A DNA stretch of 63,302 nucleotides, the filler included, from Choristocarpus tenellus KU-1152 (Eukaryota; Protista; Phaeophyceae): assembly GCA_964200185.2 (NCBI GenBank). It is 9 parts of 9 records of this genome, joined end to end, with 100 filler letters (N's around TTAATTAATTAA, not from the genome) between each part and the next. Parts side by side here need not be neighbours in the genome. Positions count along the whole stretch, not along the records: positions 11,009 to 34,214 come from CAXNAD020000261.1; 8 more parts are not named here. One strand, written 5' to 3'. Positions 13,279 through 25,030 of this stretch are shown one piece after another. The notes under the pieces are model-generated. The model was not told where the DNA came from. It saw nothing but the letters and a program-made list of their open reading frames with translations, and ran no database searches. Both the position numbers and the translations under genes were made by a program. How positions within the stretch are numbered: the first letter of the stretch is position 1; every line of letters begins with the position of its first letter.

Positions 13279-14854
13279 AGTCCGCGAGCGAGGCTTCAAC
13301 GAAATCGATCTCACATCCTCCCTCATGGTTATATCCGGATCTTTCACCAAAGCAGCGAGAGGCGTGGAGTCTCAGTGACGCACTCCCTTCTAGCTGCAAA
13401 AAAGAAAACATGTTGGCCGAAAATAGGGACAAGGGGAATCAAAATGAGTTCCACATTTTTTTGCTTGAGATACATATATTTTTCAATACAGGAGAGGTAG
13501 GGATTGTCATTTTCTAAACGATGAAAGCTAATCCCTGAATCCAGACTTGGGTACTGAAGGAAACGCAGTAAAGCTTGCTTTGGATTTTAGCCTTCATATG
13601 GATAGGTGTGTGGCAGTCTTCTGAACAGTGGAAGTCCTGACTTGAGAGTGATGATCTCTAATTAGAGGTATGCAAAGTTGTGCTCGAAACACCATCAGAA
13701 CAACCCAGTACACTCAAGAGGGTTAGGGTCAAGTACCTTGTGAAAGGGGTGATGGATGAGTGCTATGTTACGCATTGCAAATGTTCAGGTTTGTTGGCAG
13801 TATGTACAAAGACTTTGCTACGAGCCAGTGTCTCGTGAGAAGAGCAAGGAGTTGCATCTATATTGCTTGGCGTCTTCAACGAGTTCAATGAGCGCCTATG
13901 GATTCTTTTTTGCACTCAAGAGGTCGTTGTGCGTAGTTTCCCCAAAGAATTTTCTTTGAGATGCACGAAGTGGAGTTGGATATTTGCTCTTCCAGCAGAG
14001 TGCTCTACTAGTCACTTGCCTTATCTTCCTTTTTGAACTTGATGGTAGCCTGTTGGTCGTGGAATTTCCGGGAGCTGGCATAACGTAAGATTCAAGACCA
14101 AACGTTTATGTTGTGTTATACAATAGCAACTAGAGGCAGAATTGTGGTCAAGACACCTAAGGTGCTTGCTTTCCCATGTGGAAATGAAGGTGCAGATCAG
14201 TGGAGGATTTCATTCTGAGGCAGATGGCCGGTATTGGTAAGAAACAGTAGTGTGTTGTATAACCTTACCTGCAGGATATTCTGTCATCTGCTGATGATAA
14301 GAAATTGACACAATGACATCCAGAACTACAACACAGACCAAAGGCACTCCCAAATCCCTGTGGGCTGCAGGAAACTAGGAGTGCTGAAAAGGAAAGAAGA
14401 GCTTTAACTCAGACATGTTGTTCCTTGCAGGGCACTCAAATAGCTGGGAAACATTTGCTCACAGATCTTTGAACCCCACAGTCTGTTAAGCTGGCAAGCA
14501 AATAGTCTTCAAAAGGGATGTCAACCCTCTCTCTCATTATACCCTGAAAGTGTGTGGAAACTGTGTCCAAACGGCGGTGATGTAATACTGACTCTACCAC
14601 AGTTCATTGCACACCTACTACATACACTTTGTTCTGTACTGTTGTATCAAGTACTCCGGAGTAATGAATAGTCTATCCCTGACTTTCACCTGAGAGCGAA
14701 ATATGCTTCAATAAAATAGTATGTGTTGTATTTTCATTTGTACCATTGTTCTCCAAAGTTTTATTTTTTGTTGCTGATACGATCAGCATATACTTTGCAG
14801 TTCTCCACTCCTATTTTCTATGCCTTACTTGAAGGAAGTTTTCTTCCATTGTAC

Positions 14855-17800
14855 CTGATTATGTCACTCTTCCAGAAGCTGGACTTGTTCTTGATTGGAG
14901 CCACCTCCTTCAGCTTGAACAACCCACAAGACGTCAGCAAGATGAATCCAATGTTCTCCACCGTTAGTGCAATCGATACCTGCAGATGAAACATGTGAAG
15001 GTCCAATTAATGCTTTTGTGTTAAGTAGAGATAAGGAATGTGTTAAACGTGAGGGAGAGCTTGTGGGAAAATCGTACACCCCAGTCTATGTATTCGATAT
15101 GGCCCTACCACAAAGTGACAGGCAGTATCCATATCGTGTGTGTAGGGCCTACCATAGTGAATACATTCTTCCATACCATAGCTCGCACAGCAGCAGCTTC
15201 AGCATCGATGTAAAAGTCTGGCCTCATCAACCCTCCAAGGGCTGCAAATGCCAGCTCCAGTCCTAGAGGTGACAACAGTGACCACATAGCATTAGCATAC
15301 TTCACCAGATTGTAACAGACTATGCAGTTGGGCTTCTACTTCAATCCACAGGTTTTTATCCATGAAGAAACGAATCACCCACACTACTGTCCATGAACAT
15401 GGGCACGGAGGTAGGCTCTTTTTTCTTGAACAAATGGGATCATGTGTGTTGCCAGTGATAAAGGTCTTTGTTCAGTATCAAGTGTTCAACACAGCACAAG
15501 GAACTCACCACAATTTACTGCAGGAGGAAGAACCGATGCGGAAATCGCCACACCAACCAAGCTGGATGTGTTGTTACCAAGGACCGAGAGGGCTACACCC
15601 ACCCCCGAGAATCCTGCAATAGCCACACCTGCAGCAACATGCCATAGCTTAACCACTGATGACACCGACAACTCAGAAGTTCCAGTGTAAACATCTCCTC
15701 TAGGGCTAGGCTTTAACAATAGCAAAGGGTGGAGTAAGAAAAGCCACATTGTTTCTTAGTGTCACTAACATCTCACCAATGAGAAGACCCTCCCACTCGC
15801 TGCGTGAGGACATCTCAGTTGTAGGCCAGCTGTTCTCGTCTGAGAGGAAGGGAATGCCCACCATGCCAGCTACAAACCCAACAACTACACAAAGGCCTAG
15901 GCTTTTCACCTCTGACAGGAAGCCAAGGTTAGCAAGATTCCAGTCATGCACCACTGAGCCAAATGTCACAGCCAGAACTGGACCCATTCTGTTTCAGGAA
16001 AGTGGAATAAAACTTGTGTGGGAAACCTATGTGGCATGTTGACAAACTCGTTGTGTGTGCTACAGCATGAAGATATGCGTGCCTTGTTGCTCACAAAGCA
16101 AAGCAGAAACTGTGTGTATTGCGTGTTTGTTGGAAGTCTATGCTCTTATGAGCTGTCTTGTCTTCTCTTCTGATTTACCTGAATGTGGGACATTCATTTT
16201 TCAAGGTTATTGCCGTGTCTATTATTGGTCATATATACTACTGAAACTACTACTACCACCACCATCACCATCACCACCACTACTACTACAAGAGTCAAAG
16301 TATCTTAGAGGGTAGAGCCGCGTCCGTTTGGAGCCAAAATCCAATGTTGCGATATTGACGTAATTTTGGCTATTGTGTTTGTTAGGAAGTGTCAGTGTCC
16401 TTGTTCCGAAAACACCTTTTCATAACGTATAATTTCACCTACTCCAAAACATTTCAGAGTAGGAAAATGTCATTAAAAAAACGTGGGAAGCCAAGTCCCA
16501 AACGAACAAACGGGGTAAAACTCGCACCCTCTAAGATAATTGCACTCACAAACACTATTACGAATACTACTAACAATACAGGGTTGCAGGAAAGGGAGGA
16601 TTGTATTAATGTCGAAATCCACCTAACTATATGTACCAGCATTGAATGAGTAGCCTAATTACACTACTGTACATCACTATTAGCCAACATTGATAAGATG
16701 GTGCATTCTTCCTTCCAACTATATCTTCCCTATCAATTTGTGGCATCATTCGGTTTTTGTAACTGATACCGCTGCATATTATTTTTACTCATTCATGTGT
16801 TTTTTAGTAGGGTGTTCGGGGCATGGTATAGTACCAAACAAGAGAGCCATATTATCTTTAACAGGAGGCAATTTCTGCCCTTTTGGTATAAATGGCTTAG
16901 AAAATCTCCCGCCTGGCACCTCAATTCCCATGCTTAAATTCAGCTATCCCCCTTTAGGAGGCTGTTGCTGTAGAAGATGAGATGGCTATTCATCCATGTA
17001 AGTGCGAAACTGCTCTCCAGAGAGCAAGGAGCACATGTTTCAGTCAGTCACAGAGGCTCCTTATAGTCAACGGCACACTCCTCTAGAACACTATGGTTCA
17101 GACCTTGTGTATTGACTCACATGGGAGAGACCAGCATGGAGGCCACAATTATCACAGTGTTGTCAGTTGCCAGCCCAATGGCAGCTAGTACACTAGCAAC
17201 TACCAGTAGGCAGATATAATCAAAGTAGAGCTTGGCCTGCACCCTGATCTTCTCAATCATCTGAGAAATAAAAGTTGGGTTATGCAGGTCTTTGCCTTTG
17301 GTGATGGACTTCGTTCAGACTCAGATGTATGGTTGGTTCGTGCTTAGCAGACCCTCCCTCACACGTCAACTGGCATCAAAATAGAGACAATTATGGAAAT
17401 TGTCGGAAGATCACTTGGCAAAACCCCAATTTGATAAGCAGAATTACACTTAATATGCAGTACTTTGGTGGGAAATTTCAGGGGGGGAAATGTTGTGGTA
17501 ATCCCAGAACTAGTTTGTACTGCGATCACAATTTCAGAATGAAAAACATCTGTACACAATGTGTAACTGTTGAATATCTCATTACCATGACCACCAACCC
17601 ATTTTCTCATACAATACTTCATGGCAGACCTTTGCCCAGCCGATACACAAATCCTGTGTACAATGGTACTTGTATATTGTGTGTGCAGTCAGTCTGTTGT
17701 AAAACAAAGCACTCTATGTTCAAACCCGACCTCCCCAGGCAACAACCACAAATAAGCTCAGTCTGAGTATTGATGTTGATGCACGCCCTGTTCCCACACA

Positions 17801-18360
17801 GTAGATACCACTCTGACAGAGCTTTAGATTGACTCGCCTGCTCCACTCTTATCTGAGAAGCCATTGTCATGAAGTTTTCCTCATCAATTGGGTTGGCTTT
17901 GGGTCCCTGGTCGTAAGAAGGGCAGTAGAAAACAAGGTCAGACAATGTCATGTGACAAAGTGATTCCTCAAGGGCCATCAGTTGTGCAGTCCTCTAAGCC
18001 GTTCTTCAAGGTTAACATTGCTCAACGGGATATCAAAGCACCAGTGAGGATAAAGGGCCTCGCATGTTGCCTGTACAGCTGTAAGGTTCTGAAACAAGGG
18101 GTGTGCCTAGCCCTTTTCAGCACTACTCGATGGAGGATTCTAGTTGTTGATGACACAACTCAAACCAGTCGGAGGTATCATACCCTTAGACCAGTCCTCA
18201 CCACTTTCTTAGGTGTTTTCCCCAGGCATGTATGTGCTATTTCAAGAGGAAGCACCACCACGCTTCCAATGTCGGTTCCAAGTCCAATGAGTTCCATGCG
18301 GTTAATAATTTGTTGAGTGAATTGCTCATCGCACACAAAGGTTGTCAATATATGTTTAGC
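14855..18360 (-). CDS. DUF389-family multi-pass membrane protein; exons 18360-18202, 17906-17838, 17260-17121, 15988-15777, 15628-15509, 15262-15177, 14979-14855. Probable extra 5' exons up to about 22037 and unresolved 3' exons.
   Basis: The spliced frame is phase-consistent: ...SQIRVEQ|MIEKIRVQAKLYFDYICLLVVASVLAAIGLATDNTVIIVASMLVSPIMGPVLAVTFG...WPTTEMSSR...GVAIAGFSGVGVALS...SSLVGVAISASVLPPAVNCG. These are characteristic DUF389 motifs. Confidence 0.88.
16292..16547. mobile_element. MITE family 1, full copy, TSD ACAA
   Basis: TIRs GAGTCAAAGTATCTTAGAGGGT ... ACCCTCTAAGATAATTGCACTC, flanked by ACAA/ACAA; intronic in the DUF389 gene. Confidence 0.92.
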
Positions 18361-18570
18361 CTGAATAAAAGGTAAAATTGGCACAAACCAGCCCAAGGAC
18401 AAAGCGGGAGGCGATGAGGGCGTGTGTGAAGCATCCTACCTCTACAGCACACGCTACACTTCTATCTGGATCAAGTAGCACTAAAGTAGACACAAGGAGA
18501 GTACCATGTGTTTTTCATGGAGTGAGGACACAGACTTCAGAACAGAGTCAGCTGAACAAGGAGATGCATG

Positions 18571-18841
18571 GACCCAGAGCATTAAGGAGGGTAGGAGTTT
18601 TGCCCTTTATGATCGTTCAAGACAAAAAGTTTCTTTTTCTCACCGTTTTTTTTAGCCCTTTTTTGGCTTTCTGTGTAAACACTAACCCTAACCCTAAAAT
18701 GTATACGACTATGAAAGGCGTGTCCAGAACAAGGATGTTGAAGCTTCCTAACAAATACAATAGCAAGAATTTATCAAAATCGCAACATTTGACTTTGGAC
18801 CCCAAACGGACGCAGCCCTGCCCTCTTAAATGCTTTGACTC
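18571..18841. mobile_element. MITE family 1 (subfamily b), full copy, TSD ATG
   Basis: GACCCAGAGCATTAAGGAGGGT ... CCCTCTTAAATGCTTTGACTC, flanked by ATG/ATG. Confidence 0.9.
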
Positions 18842-19875
18842 ATGGTTTTACAACAATTCTGTCACAAACAAAATGTTTGAACACATTTCCCCTTGGTACA
18901 ATCTTCAAGTTTGCGAACCGAAGGTGCAGTGTGTCCCCCAGAAGGGGTGCAGTAGTGACCCCAGGTAATGCGCATATTCCTCCAAAGTGCAGAATTGTTG
19001 CCACAGTGTCTTGGTCTACTACCACATCACTTACACCTGATGGCAACGCTGACTCCTCTTGACAAGAAGCTGAGAATAGAGCAATCCTTGGACCCCAATT
19101 TGAAGTCTTAGAGATCCATATGTACTCATTTTCCAGTCAATTTCTTGCTGTGTTTGTTTCCCTTGCCACTGTCTCTCAACCACCTGTTCTTGTGTTTCTT
19201 TGAGACAGTCTCACGTGCGCAATGCCCATTTCTCTAGCCGGGGGCTACCTTTCCAGCTAGTTGCTGGATTCAAGACTATCTAATTGCCTCTCTTGCCTCA
19301 CTTGGCACCTTTCAATACACTCCCCAGCATAGTGAGTGTGTTCCGTGGTTGGTCTTGAGCCTGCATATCGGGTGGCAGTTTCTTTAGGTACGTGCTCTCT
19401 GGAGGCTACTTCTCGACCTAGCGCTTCCCCATATTTTGCCAGTCATTCCCTCATCTACACTCTCCCATCTCTACATTGAACAGGTCGTGTCACCGCATCA
19501 CCTGCTCCCCCCTTTTCTCCTCCTTGTCCTGTTCTTCCTCTTCCCCCTGTACTACCAGGAAACATGAGATGGTAAAGCTTCTGGAGAAGTCCCAAGATCC
19601 CTTACCACGATGCAATCCAGAGACCAAGTACTGGTCAAGAGAGAGTTTCGCGCTGACAGACAGCGCTATCATCGAGATTGAGGTGCACCAATGTTGTACT
19701 GCTGGATATAGAAACGGTCTGTGCGCTTCTTACTCTGTGAGTAATTGATCCTAAGGTTCAACTCAGACCTAATTTCGCCATGACAGCTGCTCGATAATTG
19801 CATAACCCGAGTCAGTAGGTGCTATATGTACAAGGACAAAGGGCTCTGTTGGTACCACCAGCGCGACCAATACGT

Positions 19876-20134
19876 GAGTGGAAGTATCTTAGAGGGTACA
19901 AGTTTTGCCCTGTTTTTCCATTTGGGGCTTGGCTTCCATATTTTTTTTAATGAAAATTTCCTCACCCAAATTGTTTAGGAGTAGGTAAAATGTATATGTC
20001 ATGAAAAGGTGTGTCCGAAACATAGATATTGACTCTTCCTAAACAAACACGATAGCCAAAATTACATCAAAATAACAACGTTGGATTTTGATCCCCAAAT
20101 AGATGCGGCTCTACCCTCTAAGATAATTTGACTC
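19876..20134. mobile_element. MITE family 1, full copy, TSD CGT
   Basis: GAGTGGAAGTATCTTAGAGGGT ... ACCCTCTAAGATAATTTGACTC, flanked by CGT/CGT. Confidence 0.9.
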
Positions 20135-20345
20135 CGTCACTCTCCTTGAGCTCATTGGGTTGTTGCCCAGTCATTATGAAGACAAGTGTCATTTGATGTG
20201 CATACTATATTGGTGTAAATGTTATGGCACCATGTGCCCATGAGTCCCACGTGCCACTGCTAATGTTCAAGTAATAATTGAAAAAGAGGGGGGTAGGGTA
20301 ATAGCATGGGGGGACCAAAGAAATGAATAACTCCAACTTCGTAAT

Positions 20346-20601
20346 GAGTCAAAGCATTTAAGATGGTAAAAGTTTTGCCCTGTTTGTCTGTTGGGGCTTG
20401 GCTTCCCCCAGATTTTTATGTCCTTTTTCGGTTTCTGTGTGAAGACAGTTACCTAAAATGTATACAATTATGAAAGGAATGTCCAGAGCAAGGATACTGA
20501 CACTGGTTAACAAACACGATAGCCAAAGTTCACCAAAATCGCAACATTGGATTTATGGACCCCGAACGGACGCAGCCCTACCCTCTTAAATGCTTTGGGT
20601 T
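20346..20601. mobile_element. MITE family 1 (subfamily b), full copy, TSD AAT
   Basis: GAGTCAAAGCATTTAAGATGGT ... ACCCTCTTAAATGCTTTGGGTT, flanked by AAT/AAT. Confidence 0.9.
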
Positions 20602-23600
20602 AATTGCTGAAAAAATGTTGCCACACGTTTCTAGCTTTCACAGTCGCCTTATCTCTTTGTTTCTTGTTGAAAAGTTTCACCAACAGCGTTCTCCTACAAC
20701 ATTACATCAATGTGGTCCCACCCATCACCTGTGAACCGTAGAAAAACACAGGGGCCATTGGCAAAATGTCGTCCTTCGTAAAGTTCTCCAAAGCCTCCCG
20801 CACAAGAACCTCTATGTCTACCTCTTCCGTTTGTTGGTTGTTGTAACCCCCAACTTTTTCTTGCCCCCTTGCAGAGCCCTCTCCTCCCCTTCCCTGTTAA
20901 AAGGTGAAGTACGCCTCCTTTGAATAATAGAGGTTTTTTTCAAAGTATGCAGTTGCTAAAACTATTGGCATCAACAAAACACATCACTTTCTTTCTTACT
21001 TCAAGAGCAGAATATTATACATCGTACATTCAATTATATGGGTTTTGTGTTGTGTTCTTTTCTGGAGAGTGAATCTCTTACGATGTAGAGTACCTACTAT
21101 TCCTACCATATCCCTGTGTGTTGCTCCTGCGATGGAAGGTATAATTGTTTCCAGTTGTAGGACCTTTCGGAGAATTCCCTCAAATATCTCAACCAGAAAA
21201 ACATCCCACCACAATGTCCTTAGGGGGATGTAGGTTGTCGAAACTTAAATAGCAAACTTATTGGAAATCGGGACCATTTCCTCCTCCCAGTTCGATAAAA
21301 ACAGTACCACATCACGTGTCAGACGGTGTTATTTCAGCGATTCAATTCGACAACAGAATCAACCAAAGTTGCACCTTCTCTATATAGCCTATACCGCCTT
21401 CCACTTCTCCTGCTGTGAAGTCGACCTCTTCGTCTGATGTGCTTGCTGAAGTGTTGAAAACAAAAATCCGGCAGTCAAAGTCAAAACAATCAACAAACAA
21501 CAGCTTTTAGTCAGTACTCGAGGTCCACGACAGTGCTGCAAGAGGAAATACTTTTTTGTTGATGTTCACTCCGTAACTGGGCGCAACCAAAACCTTAGTG
21601 AGTACGCACCCGCCTGCCTTGGTTTCACATCCGCAAATGTAACCGACCTCGGGTTTTGTGTGTCAACACCCGATATAGTATTCGATTGGGAGACTCCAGT
21701 GATACATGAAGCATATTTTTTGCCATCGCATTTGCGGCTGTTGTCTCGGTGGATATCTCGAGAACGGCCCAGTTGTGTGCACTCATCCGGCGAATCGATC
21801 CTGAGCCTCACGGTGTAGTCAAGTCCATTGCTTCCACCTGATGCCGAATTCAAGGGCAGATACCCAATTCAATGCCAATCAGTGGAAGTTTTCATGATCA
21901 AATGGAGGGATCGCTGCCTGGTTTCCGTCTTTCAAAAGTCCATGGACAACCTCACCGGCTGTGTTCTTCTTCGCAATTTTGACTGTGTGAGCCCTTACAA
22001 CTCGTGGGAACTGGATGACGAAAAGTTGCTGAGGCATGATGATACGATGAACCAGCGAGATGGATGCGTGGTTCATACAGAAAACACATACGAGTACTTC
22101 AAGCAAACGAATAATAATATGATAGTTGAAACAATGAGACGGTTTCCAAATTCCAAATATAATATATTATTACAGATTTGTTTTGTAAGAAAGAAAAGGA
22201 ATATGAAGAGAAGGTAACAAAACGCAACAGAATGATGGAGACTGGAGAGGAGGAAAGACCATGCAAAGAATTACAGCAAACATAACCGCACAAAGTAGTA
22301 CTACATCACATACACCGACAGAGTACTGGGTAGGCATTATTTGTACGTAAAATGGGCGAGGAAACAACAAAGAGGAATACTCCTATATAGAATCTATAAA
22401 GAAAGGGTGAGAATTAAGGGAGGAATCCCATTTATTCACCAACTCTCTCCTATTAAAATAACCCATCGACCCAGAGAGTCTCTGATTTAAAGCGTCAAAT
22501 TCTTCTAAACATGACAACTGAAATATTTAGTCTTAGAAGTGATTTAATAGGTCCCTTTCAGCTGAAACCCTCCGTCCCCCTACCTAGTACAATATGATAC
22601 AATATGACTCGCTAGGTCACCCAGAAATATCTCTGCCTGTATAGTGTGCCAACACGCCCTAAGCTTTCTACCGCGAAGGTGTTGAGGTTAAAACTACGAG
22701 AGTCAAAAGTTCCTTTATTGTGGTCACGCTTGTCGCCTCTGCTACAACACCAGCGATGCCATTTTTGTTTGATGAGCTGAGGAGGTGGCAGTCAGGTTGT
22801 ACTTCAGAGGGGTCCTTTTCCCTGTAGGGGGCAGTAGCTGCATTGGAGAGAGTTCCTAAATAGATTGTATACTGCGACATCATCGTGAAACTTTCGCATC
22901 CAGTCGATTTCCAGTCGATTTCATATAGTAGTCGTGAAGGGGATGAGGCATGATGGAAAGGGTGCACAGTAATAGAAAACAAATATGCAAACACAATGAC
23001 AGAACAACGTTATTTTGGTGCATGTGCTACGCCGTACCAACTTGTTTTGTTGATTTGGATGTGAATGAAGATGTATGCTACAGTTATACTTAAGTATTAT
23101 ATATCGTGCTCGGCATCTATTTACTGATCCTTATCCCATGACAATTATATATATCTGTCAAACTGGTCTAGATCCGTCCTACCTACACTTGTAAGGTAGA
23201 TTATACATGCTTCCAAGTACTAAAAAAAGTAGACATGAGATACCACAACGTAGTGTGTCATATACTGTGGACCCTTGAAAACCAATACTACCACAGCATA
23301 ATAAGAATAAATAATTCAGTGTGAGTGATACGGAGTTGCCATCTAATCTGTACACCTCTCCCCTCCTCCTGGCCTGATGGCCAAGCCCCTAAAGAAGAAG
23401 CACTGTGCACAGCAGAAGTTAGCGAATTGAGAAGACCCAAGTCACGTATATATCTATCCAAACAAAACGTATACATCTACCCGGAGTACACAAGGAGGTA
23501 ATTGTACCAGAGTAGTTTGTGAACCCAAGCCTTAATTGCCTCTTTTGATAGAAGCTAGAACCACTAGCAAAATTTGCGTGATTATCCCATTAAAAGCAAA

Positions 23601-25030
23601 TGCTTCTAGTTAGTGCCACTCTATTGGACAAACCAGTTCAACAAGAGTTCTCCTTATTGTTGCACAAGAATATAAACTATTGGATTCAATATAACGGCAT
23701 GCAGAAGGAATATGTGTGCTCTTCCGCACACTGAAGTTATCGCCGACGCATACATATGTGCTGACTGTTAAAATGGACAAAGTTAACCTCTGCTAGGATC
23801 ATTTTAAAAGCTGTACAAATACGCTCCCTGACAATAATACTCTAGAGTAAACAACCATAGCCTTGGTTTGTACAAACCTAAATTCAACAAGGACACCTCC
23901 TGCTGATGCTGCATGGAAATACCCACTATTGGGCTTGATACAGCACTAGTAGCATGTACTGCATTTCTGCACACTGACATTCCAGAACTTGTTGTTTGTT
24001 GAAATTGATGGGCAACTTCTTGCCCATATACGTCCATAAATGTATAAACAGTTGTGAAATTGTGCAACGCCCTCTGTTGTAATACAAGAACCAACATACA
24101 TTTCATATTTAGAATGAAGAAGCATTTTTTTTATGAGACGTCGCTAATATTATCACAAGTAGCTGGAAGAGCAGTCGTACACGGAGTGAAAGCACTGCAA
24201 ATACTCATGTGGTACAAGAAGAGATACTTGTCTGAGAATTTCAGCCCCATACAACACCCTGGTAAAACCTTGTTTTGCTCTTCCATAGGTTGTTTGAATC
24301 GCCCTTAAAGATGCACTGAGTATGGGACGATCCTATCCCACAGCCTGTCCCCTAGTACCTCCAATATTATCCATTAAGTTGGTTAGATCCTATTTCTTTG
24401 CACATGGAAGGTTTTCCAGTCGGAAGATAGGTATCGAAATCCTGAAAACTAAATCGACACTGGGACTGGATCTAAACTCCTAACCTCCTGTCATTGCTGA
24501 TCTGCCACACAGTGAGTGGGTGGCCTATCAAGCTCTATCCACTAGAATACTCCATTCACGATTTTTTTAAATGGCCACTTCTATACAATCTTAGCCTAGC
24601 CTAGTCCTAATCAACCTCTAACCTATATAGCACTGCTGTTAATGTTGTCGTAATGTAACACGTCTATGCACGCATTACTGCTGTACGGGTAGCTCATACG
24701 ATGAAGTGGACTCTTTGTACAACTGATAGGAACAGTTGTTCTACCTCATACAATGACATGACACCAGAACGCAGGCCTTGTGCGAGTCGACTCTGGCAAG
24801 GCGAAGGCGTGGAGCAATCAACTTTCGCTGATCATCAACCTGTAAATATGAGAGCAGATAAATAATGTTTGGAGTATTTTTTTATTGTAAAGAAGAGAAA
24901 GAAAACACGTACAATCCTTCGCCCTTCGTTTCGGAGACCTCTCAAACTCTACCTCATGACAGACAGTAGTCAGTGGCTTAGGGAACGTCGAGCGATTTTT
25001 GAACTGGATCACAAATAGAATCGTAGTGAT

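Noticed and set aside
16389-16649. Short ORFs recurring with LGLGFPW/ILEGTSF-type peptides (also 18378, 40251, 53659, 55569, 61242)
   Set aside because: Incidental translations of non-coding MITE copies.
22668-24450. Minus-strand ORFs between the DUF389 and TopoVIB-like genes
   Set aside because: No recognisable motif and no phase-consistent exon chain could be built.
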